DNA of 64,000 nt, from NCBI GenBank assembly GCA_022813965.1, contig JALDZS010000081.1, forward strand, positions 1 through 64,000, given 5' to 3'. The position numbers and the translations under genes are program-made. The notes beneath the pieces were generated by a model. That model saw only the letters and a list, made by a program, of their open reading frames with translations. It was not told where the DNA came from and made no database searches. The stretch comes from Toensbergia leucococca. Its lineage: Eukaryota. The stretch's first letter is position 1. Each line of letters opens with the position of its first letter. Positions 39,538-51,678 of this stretch are shown one piece after another.

Positions 39538-41111
39538 ACTGCCCACAATTCTACACGACTGAGAGTCAAGGTCGAAAGGATTTCCACGGATCCCGTGCCG
39601 TTGTGAGATTCTGAGGTCCCCAGGGCAGGATGGGCCGAAGGGAGAGGGGGAAGGGGCAATAGAGCTCTCGCTTAAAAAACATACCCTAATTCGAGGCTGG
39701 GGGGAAAAAGTGACGGCCGATCGTTTAGTGAGAAATCGCAAGACTATCGGCCGTCGATTTTTTCCTTTGGCCTCGATTGAGCTTAAAGGTTGGGACTGCT
39801 CCTCATTTCCCAAGGTATGTACTTAATCTACATCTTTGGTCTGAGATCGACTCTCGAAAGCGACTCACTTCTATCTCTGTATGAGGGAATGTAGAGTGAG
39901 CACTGATACTCATACTAACACGGTATCATCTTCCGATTTGTGAATGAGATGATCTACTGTACGCGCTTCTCCAAAAGGGTTATGAGTACACCAACAGCGA
40001 GCAACCTGATGTTCACTTAGGCTAACGCTCCTTGGGTCTCAGGTAGAATCCTCCCTTAGACCTTTTATGTTGTCAGTAGCCCGGCCCCTTTTTCTACCAA
40101 TTTTGTACCACCATGCGCCAGAGTGGTCTTTGTGTCTCTGCCTTCAATATCTGATTGTCACAAGACAAGCCTTCACCCTCGAAAGAGAAAGTTGATCAGA
40201 CTGACACTGCTGCATCCCTTTCGATCCTTCACCGGAATCCACACCATGTAAGGCAGCCTATTTCAGTCTTTAGCGAACACGTCTGTTTCCTTGAGCTATG
40301 AGTAACCTTTGAATTTTTCTCCCTCAACACGTGCATAGCGCTCACCAAAGGCAAAGCAATACATCCTGTTGGTTGAAAACTACCTACCTGCCTTCTTTAG
40401 GACTCACTTCCTCCGGTAGAGCATCTGCACCATCACTTCTCAAGCTCTCAATCTCTTCCTCACGATCACTAGGCCATGATTCGGGGTCCTACGTTTCTGC
40501 ACCGAAGAGTCCGATCCCAGCAGAAGCTTATCCGTGGCTCCCAGGGCTCGTTGTCTCAACCATTGAATGATAGAAGTTGCTCTGGCCCAAATTCCAGATC
40601 AGGCTGAACGCGGCTGAACCTTCTCGGGCCCCACCTTCCTTTCCTTTCTCATCCTTTTCCCAGGTGGACTGATGACGCGATAGCTGAATGCGAGTCATTG
40701 AAGCGGTTGAGAGGTCCAGAGTCACGATGTCCTGTTTCTCGACGCCAAATACCTTACATCATTCAGTGGCTCGTTAGGCTTTCGTTGTAAGGGAATACTG
40801 CCGAGTATGGAAAGGGCATCATTGAATGCTCTGGAGAACTTTCTACTATTACCGCCCGTGTAAGTGGCGTTTCGCAGTATTTGGCGGCGCGAGCAGCGTA
40901 CACGGTGTGAAAGAAAAGCAAGGCTGTAATGGCTTTGCGCACGAGACCTTATGGGTTACTGATAATCCATTATGGAGACCAATGAAGGTCGGGTGGATGT
41001 ATGAAGAGGGTTATGCTTGTGCCACGACGTGAATGCGAAGATAAATATCGGAAAGTCGTTTTCAGGCACAGAGCACCTGCAGAGAGAGAAACGCACACAG
41101 ATTCCGAGGTT

Positions 41112-42772
41112 TCATGGTGTTTTACGTCCCATCAAGAGGCACCAGCGCTCGAACACCGGTCTCGAAATGAGCCTACCTCCACTTTCTATTCTCATTGCCT
41201 CTCGCCACTCGTTTCTAGTAGCTAAGGTAGCTTCCGCAACTCCCTTCTTAAAAGCCATGAATAAACCCGCTCGAGGATTCGCCAAGAATGCTTCTTCCTC
41301 CAAATCCATGATTTAGGCTGCGAAGCCTTAGGTTTCATCTTCGATTTCTGTTTCCAGAGATGTATTAAGAGCGGTCAGCATACGATTCACTTTGACCCGA
41401 CAAGTTAGATAGACTCCAAAGGTCTCGTATCTTTTGTTGGTCACCAATTGCTCAGTTGAAGACTTGTAGCGACTTCCATGAAGTAGGACCTCATACAGTT
41501 GATACCACTGAACAAGGAGTCCCCGAATCTGGTAGATATTGGATTCAAGCTCTTCGACTGCAAGTTGGTGCACGTCTCCTGGACTGAAGATGGCATTTGA
41601 TGCTTCTCTAAAGCGGCCTGGGATCGAGCGTATGCACGTCCACAGCGATACGACAATCATACTACGGTCTGAGAACTCAGAACCCTCTGATACGACTGAT
41701 CGAAAGACAATTTGCCAGACTTCTTCTTCGAGAAAGCATTGATCATTTCTCAGCAAAGCCTCGGTAAACTAAAGCACTGGTAAGATGTCACGTAATTTGA
41801 ACCATATGGTCGTCCTAGAGTCTTGGAATACTTACAATGGGGCCAACGTGAGCTAAGAAGAGTGCTTTTTCAAAGTCGGTTTTATAGCTCTCTGATCCTC
41901 GGAGTTTGATCAAGACTGTTGCCCCTGCCACATGCTGGACCCAGGCAAGATCTCTCGAACTATCCAGGAGCTTCGTCGGACGAATCAGCACCGACTACAT
42001 TCGAAGAGTGGAGATGCCGGCCTACCTCGTACAATGTTAAGATCTCCGTTGCACACAGAACTTCTGGCAGTAAACATAATTGTGGATCTTCTAGTGCGAC
42101 TTGGAGACTCTTCAGGGCCTTTGAGTAAAGAGATAAGGTATTGCTACCGACTGGGCTTGCAGAAAGAGAGATCCATTGTCATACCCGGGCAGCAATGCAG
42201 TGAATAGCGTCATCCAGGCAAGTGCTATGGCCATATCGACTTGGTAAATAAGAAAAATAAGACCACTGCCTGCACCGCAAAACGTCTATCAAGCGACGTG
42301 GTTGGCTGGCTAGGGCCTGGGGTGTAGCTCGACCAACATGAAAGGTTGCCAAAGCAGAAAGATCTACGATATCAAAGTCATGGTGTATTCTCATTAGTTC
42401 GTAGCCGGTGCTTGACGGGCTCGCTGGAATTGCGGCAGCCAAACTTCTACCTGGCGTCAGCTTTGGGTGTCCTGTCAAAGGCTTTAGTGGCTTCGGATCA
42501 TCTATAATTCCAAAGTCCAGGTCGTTGACTCGGGTCCGTGGCGGGTTCGCGTTCGTCAGGTTATTGATGGGGACCGGTGTATTCAGTCCTTCTCCATCTT
42601 CCATAAACACACGATGTTGGCGAAGATTTTGTTTTCCATAGTCACCTTTTCGCCTTCGTGCAGATGCAGCTCTGCTCATTGCCTGCCTCCGTATCAGAGT
42701 ACGAGTAGCATCATCTTTGGGCACCGAGGCATAAGAGGAATTGACGAACACAAAGCTAATTGCAGGGTCCAT
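41112..42772 (-). pseudogene. Pseudogenised fungal transcription-factor-like gene (Zn2Cys6-associated C-terminal domain type)
   Basis: One spliced frame (2 introns) runs FVFVN...IRRQAM...LYSKALKSLQVAL...EVLCATEILTLYE / ...WVQHVAGA...FEKALF / FTEALL...VFERWC. It is interrupted by in-frame TGA 42179-42181, TAA 41328-41330 and TAA 41313-41315. Confidence 0.7.
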
Positions 42773-43238
42773 GACGCGGAAATGGATGGATTTGATAAGA
42801 AAAGTGGAGCTTGATCAAGTGGGATCGCTGACAAGCTGCAAAGAATCGAGAACATCCAGACATTAGAAACGGCCTGGCTAGCTAAATTTGATGGGATGCT
42901 GAACACAAGGACGGGAGACAAGGTAGAATACCTTAGGAGGGTAATCAAACAAGGTAAACACTGGACCGATAGAGTGTCAGAGTGTTTAGTATAGGGTATT
43001 AATAGAATAGTACGAGTAGATGAACCGGGGTACTGACTTCCTTTCTCGGGTTAGCATCGTGGACATGGCAATGCTTTTATTTGTTGTTCGCAGCAATGTG
43101 ACTCCCGTACGTAAGCATGGTAAGAGCTGCTTGAAGATTCCCAAGATGACGTCCATGAGAGCTGGGTAGTAAAGCTAGGTAGGTAGACAATCCTACCTAG
43201 GTGTCACAATGACAAGAGATCTCGGCTTCTCCTTTTCG

Positions 43239-43401
43239 GGAAAATAGTACCCTGGAAACTGGCATCCTTTTTGGATCAATATTGATGGGTGTGGTCACAT
43301 TGCATCTTGTCTTTCTTCTGCCGTGAGACCATGTTTCCCTTCATGGAAAACAGTACCCTGGAATCTGACATGCTTCTCGTATCAACATTGACGAGGGCAG
43401 T
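43239..43401. repeat. Degenerate ~57-bp direct repeat (2 copies) in the carbonic anhydrase upstream region
   Basis: GGAAAATAGTACCCTGGAAACTGGCATCC...ATCAATATTGATG (from 43239) versus GGAAAACAGTACCCTGGAATCTGACATGC...ATCAACATTGACG (from 43345). Confidence 0.75.
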
Positions 43402-43554
43402 AAAGGCGAATTGAAGGAGATTCCTTTATTGCTAGACTATCTGCCATTGTATACCTCCAGAATCTCTCTATGGCTATGATTCTTGTAAGCTGTTCATTGC
43501 TAAAATTTCTTTCTTGTGTCTGATCGTTTGGCTGTCTTCGTCAACAACTGCATC

Positions 43555-44413
43555 ATGTCTACCCAAATCACTGTCAATGACCTCCTCGAACGCAACAAGT
43601 ATTCCAAATATCTTCATTACCTATCTAGAACTAGCTGATACTACGACCAGAGAGCTTGCCACCAAACACAAGCCAATTCCCTTTCTCTCGGAGATGAGTG
43701 CCATCGGAATGACTACACCTCAAATTCTTATTAGTATGTCGCCCAGTATTGGATGTCCCTTTGACCATCCACTCATGATTGCGAGCAGTTACATGTGCCG
43801 ATCCTCGCAGTGTGCCCGAGACCTTTCTAGGATTGCAGCTCTGTGGTATGTTACCTACCTGTACTAGTCAGATTTGACCTGTATGAGCCTTGGCTTTGAG
43901 ACCACCATTAAGCTAAAGCTAGACGCTGTCGTTATGCGAAATGTCTGCGGCCATGTCGCCCCTGTTCTGAATCACATTCTTGGTCTGGATACTTTTCTCA
44001 ATTTCTCTGAGATTATGATCGTTCACCATACAGGCATGTCAAATCAACTCTCACTAGCTTGAACGAGCGAGGCCGCCATCAAGCGCTCAGCGGACAATGG
44101 ACGCTGACGTTCCTCCATTTAGATTGTGGTGCTACACACTTCAAGGATGCTCAGATCCTTGCAAAGCTTAAGGAGAGATGTCCAGACAGTAAGGATATCG
44201 ATAGCATGACATTTGGGATGATAAATGAGTAAGTATAACAATTTCCAAACGTTCCTTTGGCGGACATCTGACCACCCTAGCCTCGAACAAAGCGTCAAAG
44301 ACGATCTTGCAATCCTAAAAGGTTCACCTTTCATCAGAAAGGAGCTGGCATCGCGGTCGAGGGGCTTCATATATGATCTGAAAACGGGCCTGCTCAGTCG
44401 TGTAGAAGAGTAA
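43555..44413 (+). CDS. Beta-class carbonic anhydrase (clade D/Cab-like), 6 exons
   Basis: Spliced protein MSTQITVNDLLERNK...TCADPR...VVMRNVCGHV...IMIVHHTDCG...SVKDDLAILKGSPFI...GFIYDLKTGLL. The Zn motifs CxDxR and HxxC are present, and one intron is GC-AG (44034-44122). Confidence 0.9.
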
Positions 44414-44877
44414 ACTGGAGAGAATTAGATCCAATTGCAGGCATCGAAAACAAAGGTGGAGAGAGAAAGTATTTGAATTCTTTGTGGACTACCTATTTTC
44501 GCACTATCTAGCTATCACACTCGTTGAGGTGCTTTAATGTCAAGGTTAGTGAGACACATGATCTGAATATGATTCTTACCCATTACTGCATTTTGGCCTG
44601 CGAGCCTTTGATGAATCAGGATGCTCTTGATCATCCATGAAGCAAGAGAACTCACATTGAATGGGTCGTCTTCTAAATATTTGCAACAAGAATAATCACT
44701 TTTCATTCTTCCTGAATTGCAGTAAAGCGCTCGGAATCGACCACGATCACAAAATTAGAATGATGGCGTCCATGACCTTTCCTTCATGCAGCTATTTGCA
44801 TCTGTACCTACAAACTCCTTGCAAAAAACCTAGGATATGCTGACAAAGCTTTCAATAAGAAAAATTCAGACACGCCA

Positions 44878-45933
44878 TTACTGATACCCACCCATCAACT
44901 GTTGCCTCAGCATGATGATCTGGTTTCTCTCTATTGGCGGCAAGCTGTCGATTTGCTGCTGCGTCATGGCTAGCACTTGCTTCAGTAATTCCTCTTGACC
45001 TGGTGGTTGCGATGGCGGGGCCTGGGGAACATGCGGCGGTGGTTGGTATGGCTGAGTCTGAATCGGTGGTGTGGGTACATGTAGAGGACGCGATATTGGC
45101 GGGTATTGCGGGTACGCTTGCTGGGGTGGAGGATGAAATTGTGGTGCTAGATGCGACTGCGAGATTTGTTGCGTCGGAGGCTGTGCGGGTTGCGAGGCCT
45201 GTTCAACTACCGAAGCTAGAACGGTGGTGTCGACCAGGCCCATTAGCAGCAAGGCTTGAAAGATGGCATAAGATAATTGTGGGGCCTGTTTGAGGAGCTC
45301 GGTGGCTTTCGCGGGATCACGCATCACCAATGCTTTCATCTGTGATAGGATATCGAGCAACTGCGGCTGGGGGAGGGTGGAAAGCGTTTTGGAGATAGCG
45401 TCGGGACAAGTGATATTTGGCGGTAGGTCAACGCCGGGCGGTAATGGTGGCAAGCCACTGGATGAAGGTAATTGACCATAACCGTTGGTCTGTTGAGGGG
45501 GTTGTGGTGGCTGCGCAGTGTACCCTAAAGGAGCGGTGTCTTCCTTACCCCCTACATGGGAGAAATCCACTCGCAGCTCACGGCCCATGACTTCGTAGTT
45601 GTTAAGGTTTCGTACTGCTGATGCTGCAGCGTCTGTATCTGCAAATTCAGCAAATCCAAAGCCTTTTGGTCGGCCAGTGTCACTATCTGAGACGAGTCGG
45701 AAGCTTAGAACTTGGCCCGCAGTGCTAAAAATGTGGACGATCTGTTCTTCGGTAAGGCCTGATGATAAAAGTTAGGACGTAGTCTGGACATTTTCAGAGG
45801 GCCAGAACAGTGATGAAGAGTTAAGACAGCGTTAGGACAACATTGAGGGATCCTGTTTTTGGCAATGTGATTCATACATACCGTAGGGTATGTTTCCAAT
45901 GAAGATCACCCTTCCCGGTTTGTCCGAAGACAT
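44878..45933 (-). CDS. RNA15: mRNA 3'-end cleavage stimulation factor CstF-64/Rna15, 2 exons
   Basis: RRM VIFIGNIPYG/LTEEQI...DTGRPKGFGFAEF...AVRNLNNYEVMGRELRVDFS, hinge ELLKQAPQLSYAIFQALLLM, and C-terminal QVLAMTQQQIDSLPPIERNQIIMLRQQ. Confidence 0.92.
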
Positions 45934-46198
45934 GGCGTTAATGAGTATTTATCGTTCAAGTCTAGGTATGTGGACTCAAGATTTAGAAGTAAATGATTAT
46001 TCCACTGGATCACTGAATGGCATTAAACAGTCACCACCTCACGAAATGCACTATGCTCATGTAAGATAAGTGATAGAACTAGCCTCTCAATGATTTGTAG
46101 CAAGCAGATGAGTGATGTGTTAAGCAGCTGGTGCAGTGATTGTCACCCAGGGTGTCGATTTCATTGTTCAGCCCCTTTGGGCATGAATTGATTGTCCG

Positions 46199-46270
46199 TA
46201 CGGAGTACTTGTATGAGTACGGATACGGAGTAGAATATCATAGTACGGAGTACGGAGTACTACTCCGTAC
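46199..46270. promoter_or_regulatory. Cluster of five TACGGAGTA/TACTCCGTA motifs including a palindrome, in the RNA15-PHB2 divergent promoter
   Basis: Copies at 46199, 46224, 46244, 46251 and 46261 (reverse). GTACGGAGTA-C-TACTCCGTAC at 46250-46270 is a perfect inverted repeat. The regulatory role is inferred only. Confidence 0.5.
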
Positions 46271-46429
46271 TTGCTACCCTGTCATATCTGGTACACCGTA
46301 GCCGACATCAGTGCAAAATGAGCTAATGAGGTATGAGTCTACGAGGTCCCCACAGCTAAATTACCATTGCCCTTCATTCGAAATATCACTCCTCTCTTGT
46401 AAATTGTTCTGGCCTAGTGCTTGACAGTC

Positions 46430-47511
46430 ATGGCACAGGATCCGAGGGAGACTTGGAGAAGGCTACAGCAAACCCTCGCCTCCGCTCAGCAACAGGGACG
46501 GAACGCAGGTCTAGGAGGCAGTCCAAGGAATTTCTTAGGGGGTGTTGCAGGGCTTCTGTTATTAGGAGCTGGAGCCCTTACCATCAATAATGCTCTGTTC
46601 AACGGTTTGTTAGAGATCAAGAGCATTTCAAATTAACACTGACACGCTTTAGTTGACGGAGGTCACCGAGCCATCAAGTACACAAGGATTGGTGGCGTTC
46701 AAAAAGAAATCTACAACGAAGGTATAGAGAATCAAGCCTTCAGAAGCCTGACCTACACCACTCTGATCTCATCCAGGAACCCATGTGAACATCCCCTGGT
46801 TCGAAACCCCAATAACCTACGACGTCCGCGCCAAACCCCGTAATGTTGCCTCCTTGACCGGCACGAAGGATCTTCAGATGGTCAATATCACCTGCCGTGT
46901 GCTCTCCCGTCCGCGCGTCGATGCCCTTCCGCAAATATACCGTACCCTTGGGACAGACTACGATGAGCGGGTTCTTCCTTCGATCGTCAATGAGGTCCTC
47001 AAGAGTGTAGTAGCTCAATTCAACGCGAGTCAGCTGATCACACAACGCGAGAACGTTGCGAGATTAGTTCGAGAAAACCTAGCAAGGAGGGCGGCAAGAT
47101 TCAATATTGTGCTCGACGATGTCTCGTTAACTGTAAGAATCAATCTACATTCCCGCCTCAACGTGACACTAATCGAGACACTTGAAGCACCTGGCCTTTT
47201 CTCCCGAGTTCACAGCAGCCGTTGAGGCCAAACAGGTCGCTCAGCAGGAAGCTCAACGGGCGGCCTTTGTGGTTGATAAAGCGCGTCAGGAAAAACAAGC
47301 CACGGTCGTTCGTGCTCAGGGAGAAGCTCGATCCGCTGAGCTTATTGGTGACGCGATCAAAAAGTCGAGGAGTTACGTGGATTTGCGGAGAATCGAGAAC
47401 GCAAGGAACATTGCAACTATTCTGCAAGAGGCCGGCGGAAAGAACAAACTATACCTGGATGCAAATGGGCTAGGCCTCAACGTTAGTGAGGCGTACGAGG
47501 AGAAAAAGTAA
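46430..47511 (+). CDS. PHB2: Prohibitin-2, 4 exons
   Basis: [21 protein letters not shown]...[40 protein letters not shown]...[31 protein letters not shown]...[27 protein letters not shown]. Confidence 0.96.
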
Positions 47512-48663
47512 TAGCACTGTGACAAAGACATTTATGTCTAAGGCGATTCTCCGACTTTCGTTCAGAGCAAGGGCGCTTATTGTATCAAGACCATGCAAGC
47601 GATCCATTTTACATGGCGGTGTATATGTATTCAGACTACCCAAAATCTCATTCAGCTCTTTCTCTAGCCTCAGCATATGCAATGTTCATTCAGAGACACT
47701 GGTAAACAAAGACGGAGGCTGTTTCCTGACTACCAGGACTTGCAAGGGACAATATCTTAACCAACTCTGAAGATTAGTTCATGTAAGTAACTACGTTTTC
47801 TTGATTATTCTGGCTGCCATACCACAAATAGCGTAAAAGTCATCGAGCCCCCTTTGAAGGAAACTGAAAATCAGAAGTTTCTTTTATCCATATCACCGAT
47901 CTTGGGTCGGTTGGGCCAGCTTGGCAAGCTACTATTGTTATCATGACCCCTATTGACTAGTTCGACATGGGCAGGAAACGACGGCATCCCAATATAAGAT
48001 TGATCAAATATGCAAGCACACCCCTCCAAGAGTCTTCTCGAGAACGTTTGATAGCAAGCCTTCGCTGTGGTGAAAGCTACTTCACTCATTGTCATCGTTG
48101 TTAAAGCTGGCCACTGTAGCACCCTCTGCATCTTAATGCTCAGCTTTCTACAGCTCCCATCATGTCTCTCTCCTTGGAAAGCTTAGTCACTCCAAACCTC
48201 TAAAACTAATCACAATGATAACTTGCTTGGAACGCGGCTTGAGAAGCTTTGCATTTCAAACAATCAACTAGCAACAAAAGGCTTCAAGATTCCTGATTAC
48301 CTTCCACAGCAGAGACGTGGCAAGCCTGGAATAGCGAATAGGCTGAGCAAGCTATGATTGTGCTTGACACAAATGCTTCCCTTTCTACAACGATGCCTCA
48401 CCAGTTTCCCGAGGATCAGCCGTCACATATTCAATGCTTGGCTGTCGAACTTCGATGATCTCATCGCCTGGAGAATTTTTCACTGGCTTCAGGCAAGAAC
48501 GTCGTTCCGGTTTTGTGCATAGTCACACTCAAATCAAAACACGCGTCCTCCAAGTTCGACTTTTGTACTCCGGCTCCTTTCAAATGCTAACTTTTCAACC
48601 AACCTGTCCGATCCTCCATGATCATACCAAAACAATACAATATTGCACAATGTGGTAGTCAAT

Positions 48664-50940
48664 TCATTGACCCATCATGGTAGCGTGCACGTCGAATATT
48701 TCATTTCTCCATCCCTCAACTGAGAAATCATCGACCCTCTCCCCAGCCCGCCTTGCCTCCTCTTCATACAACTTGACCACGCTTCCTGGCGCATACACTC
48801 CACTGAAGATCCCTTTGCTCGGTGTCACCCCAACAGCGGTGTAAACATCAGGGTCCTCTTCAGGTGTCAAGCGCGTCATGATAGCCTTGACAAACGTTCT
48901 GATGTCCTGAGGATCCGAGATTCTTGTCGCCCGTAGCCTCTCCCTGGCGAAGAGCAACTCGCGGTTGGCAGCATGGATCCCATCTGCGATGGCAGTCGCC
49001 AGTTGCTTTTCCAGGACTTTACGAACAATGGGACGAAGGATTGGCTTTACCAACCAAGCCAACCAGGAGAACTTACTCTTGCTAAGTGTATATGACAGTT
49101 TGTGAACATGCACTCGGACGGCCTTGAGGGTGAGGATCTTTTCAATCTTTTCCTTTCCAATCTCAATGTCCATGTGAATGTCAATCCCTCGCTCGTCGAG
49201 TTGGAAGGATGCTATGCCCTCATCCGCAAGCCGGAAGATCCCAGAGTGGGCGCGAAGCCAGAAGCCAACTTCGTCTGCGCGGACAGAAATACCGTCGACT
49301 TTAACAGTCACTTTGGAGGTCACCTTGGAAGTGGTACGGAATTTGGCTTTGCGGATTTCAAGATCATTGTAAGTTTCAATACGAAGTTTGTACGGAAGGA
49401 AGGACGTGTTGTTGATTGTAACTCCAGGTTCGATGATTAGATTCTCCAGGAGGAGATCAATCTCTGGGACTGAGATTTCCACGCGGGGTATTGGGACGTA
49501 TTGGATTGTTTGAATCAGGAGCGGAATAAAGATATGCAAAGCATCGTCAATAAGATCGCTGTTCGTGGCGGTATGGGTGGGAGACAAAATGCTGATAATC
49601 TTGGATGTTGTTGAAATTAATCTAGAAATGTCCGAGTCTTCGATTACAGACTGGAAAGTAATTTGCAATTGAGAGAGAGCGTCATCAATGTCTGTACGGA
49701 GTGAAGACTCCGAGTCAAGATTTTTGAACTTGTCTCGCAATTCTTGGATCTTTTTATCCGCAGAATCGAAGAAGTCAGGATCTGTCAAAAGCTTCTGTAC
49801 TGAGTTACCCACATCCATCATCAAGTTTTCAAATTCAGGGTCTTTCTGGGAATGCTCCATAACCTTATTGACCTTCTCCTCAAGTAGTTCCCATTGTTTA
49901 CGATCACCAAAAGAGCTTAGCAATGACCAGAGGTTTCTAACGGCTCTGTCTAGAGCGTCATTCGTGTTAACATCTTCTTGCGCAGTGCTTATTGTCTGGT
50001 CGACTGCACGAGAGTATGTCAAAGCATAACGCTTGATCAACAAACCAATAGTCGACACGGAGTCAGAGTAGTCATTCCTCTTACGCAACTTCAGCACTGT
50101 CTCTTTGAGACGATAGAGCAGAGTTTCCTTCTGGTCTCCGGAGACGTTGTTCTGTAGGCTTGAAAAAGCGTCTTTCCCTGTCTTAACCAATCCATTTCCT
50201 ACAACTTTGGAAACATCAGCGACCTCATCCCCAAGATCTCCAGCTGTAGGAGGTGGTCCATCCTCTGAACCTGGTTCCTGTATTGTCTGTTGCTGTTTCT
50301 CTGAAGGCTCTAACTTCCTGCCAGCTTCTTCAGCAACGCTTGATAACGAGAAAGCTGTGTCTGCAAAGACTTGGCGACCAATGATACCCAGATCACCGAG
50401 AAAAAGTCGAAAGTCCGAGTTTGTCAACAAGAGGCTGCCTACTGTGCGAAGACTTTCATATGCTAAGAAGCAATTAGCGCTGGGCGATATTTCCTGCCTC
50501 TAGAAAAGTATACCTGCTGAGGCATCAGCCTTCGCCTTGACTTTGGACGCAGTGTTGGCCAGATGATCCGTATCCAAGGATATCCTTGACTTGGACAAAA
50601 ACCAAATGAAATCTTGAATCTGGTCCCCATCGTTCTTGTGACGGAGCATCTCAATGAACTCGGATAGCCATTGCTTGGAGAACTTGACCAACAAGCGGCC
50701 CGAGTCACTAAGATCCGGGTTGTCGGGGTTTAGGACATCGGCTGCTAAGAGAGTGCGGAGGTTGATGATGAGTTGCTCAGTGGAGGGCATGAATCCCTTA
50801 GACATCGCTCTGTACATCTGATATGAGTGCATCTTCTGGTGCATGCTTCTCTGCAATGTTGTGTCATCTTTGTATTTGGGAAGGAGAGCCTCTGTGTCGT
50901 CGTCGGCCTTGGACTTACGGAAACCAAAGCAGGAAGACAT
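48664..50940 (-). CDS. DUF4449 / BPI(TULIP)-like conserved fungal protein, 2 exons
   Basis: ORFs 50500-50940 and 48664-50430 join through one intron. LLTNSDFRLFLGDL and IQYVPIPRVEISVPEIDLLLENLIIEPG are motifs recalled from this family; not verified by search. Confidence 0.7.
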
Positions 50941-51678
50941 GGCTGATATGATGTAGAGGGTGGAATGACCGCGTTGAACATCGAATGCGGGGGTGAACAG
51001 TTAAGTAAGATACCTTCCAGCTCATGTGACGACGAGAAAGTTGGCAGCGCGTAACGTCATTCATTATTCAATTGAGGGTCGAGCCTTAAATCGGCAGCAC
51101 CCGTTGCATGTGACCTTAGTAAGTTATTACAATCGCAATTCCTCCAATCAGCTTCGTTGTAGAATAGCAAGGTGTATTACATAGCACAGACCCTGAGCAT
51201 ATGTTTCATTACCTAATTGTGTTTAGCTTGATGCTGCTACACCCATCGAGCCATCTTAGGTCAAGTGAAGCATACCTATGTCATTGAATACCATACGGAG
51301 TAAGGCATAATACTGTAGTTTTGGTACCGGCCACATCTGCTCCGTAGTCTATGGGCCCAAAACAAGCGAGTCTTCTATTGTATGACGAAAATCAAAGAAA
51401 GTAGAAAATTACCTTATGTTCACCAGTATCTTGACCAGTACCGATATTTAGTGGGCCAAGGTATTCTAAGGAAACGTATCCAAAAACCAACCTCGTACCG
51501 GAGACTCGTTGAGAAAAAAGCAGGGGGAGATTTCGCAACGTGATCCTGTAGTTTACTCGATCACCGAGAATCGCTCACACGCCCAACATAATATTCTATC
51601 CGCTGTGTGCCCCCGCGTCTTTCCGATACTTATCCTACTGATCCTATCTTATATGGACCGAGAAGCTGGTCCTCTCCC

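Noticed and set aside
38313..44413. SDR + TF + carbonic anhydrase as a secondary-metabolite or cyanate cluster
   Set aside because: No backbone enzyme, transporter or cyanase nearby, and the TF is a pseudogene.
45760..45881. RNA15 intron with short GTTAGGAC repeats and TGATGA on the opposite strand
   Set aside because: The box C-like words are antisense to the host transcript and the repeats are too short to be significant.
46199..46270. Short repeats resembling a CRISPR array
   Set aside because: Eukaryotic context, 9-bp units, no regular unique spacers and no cas genes.
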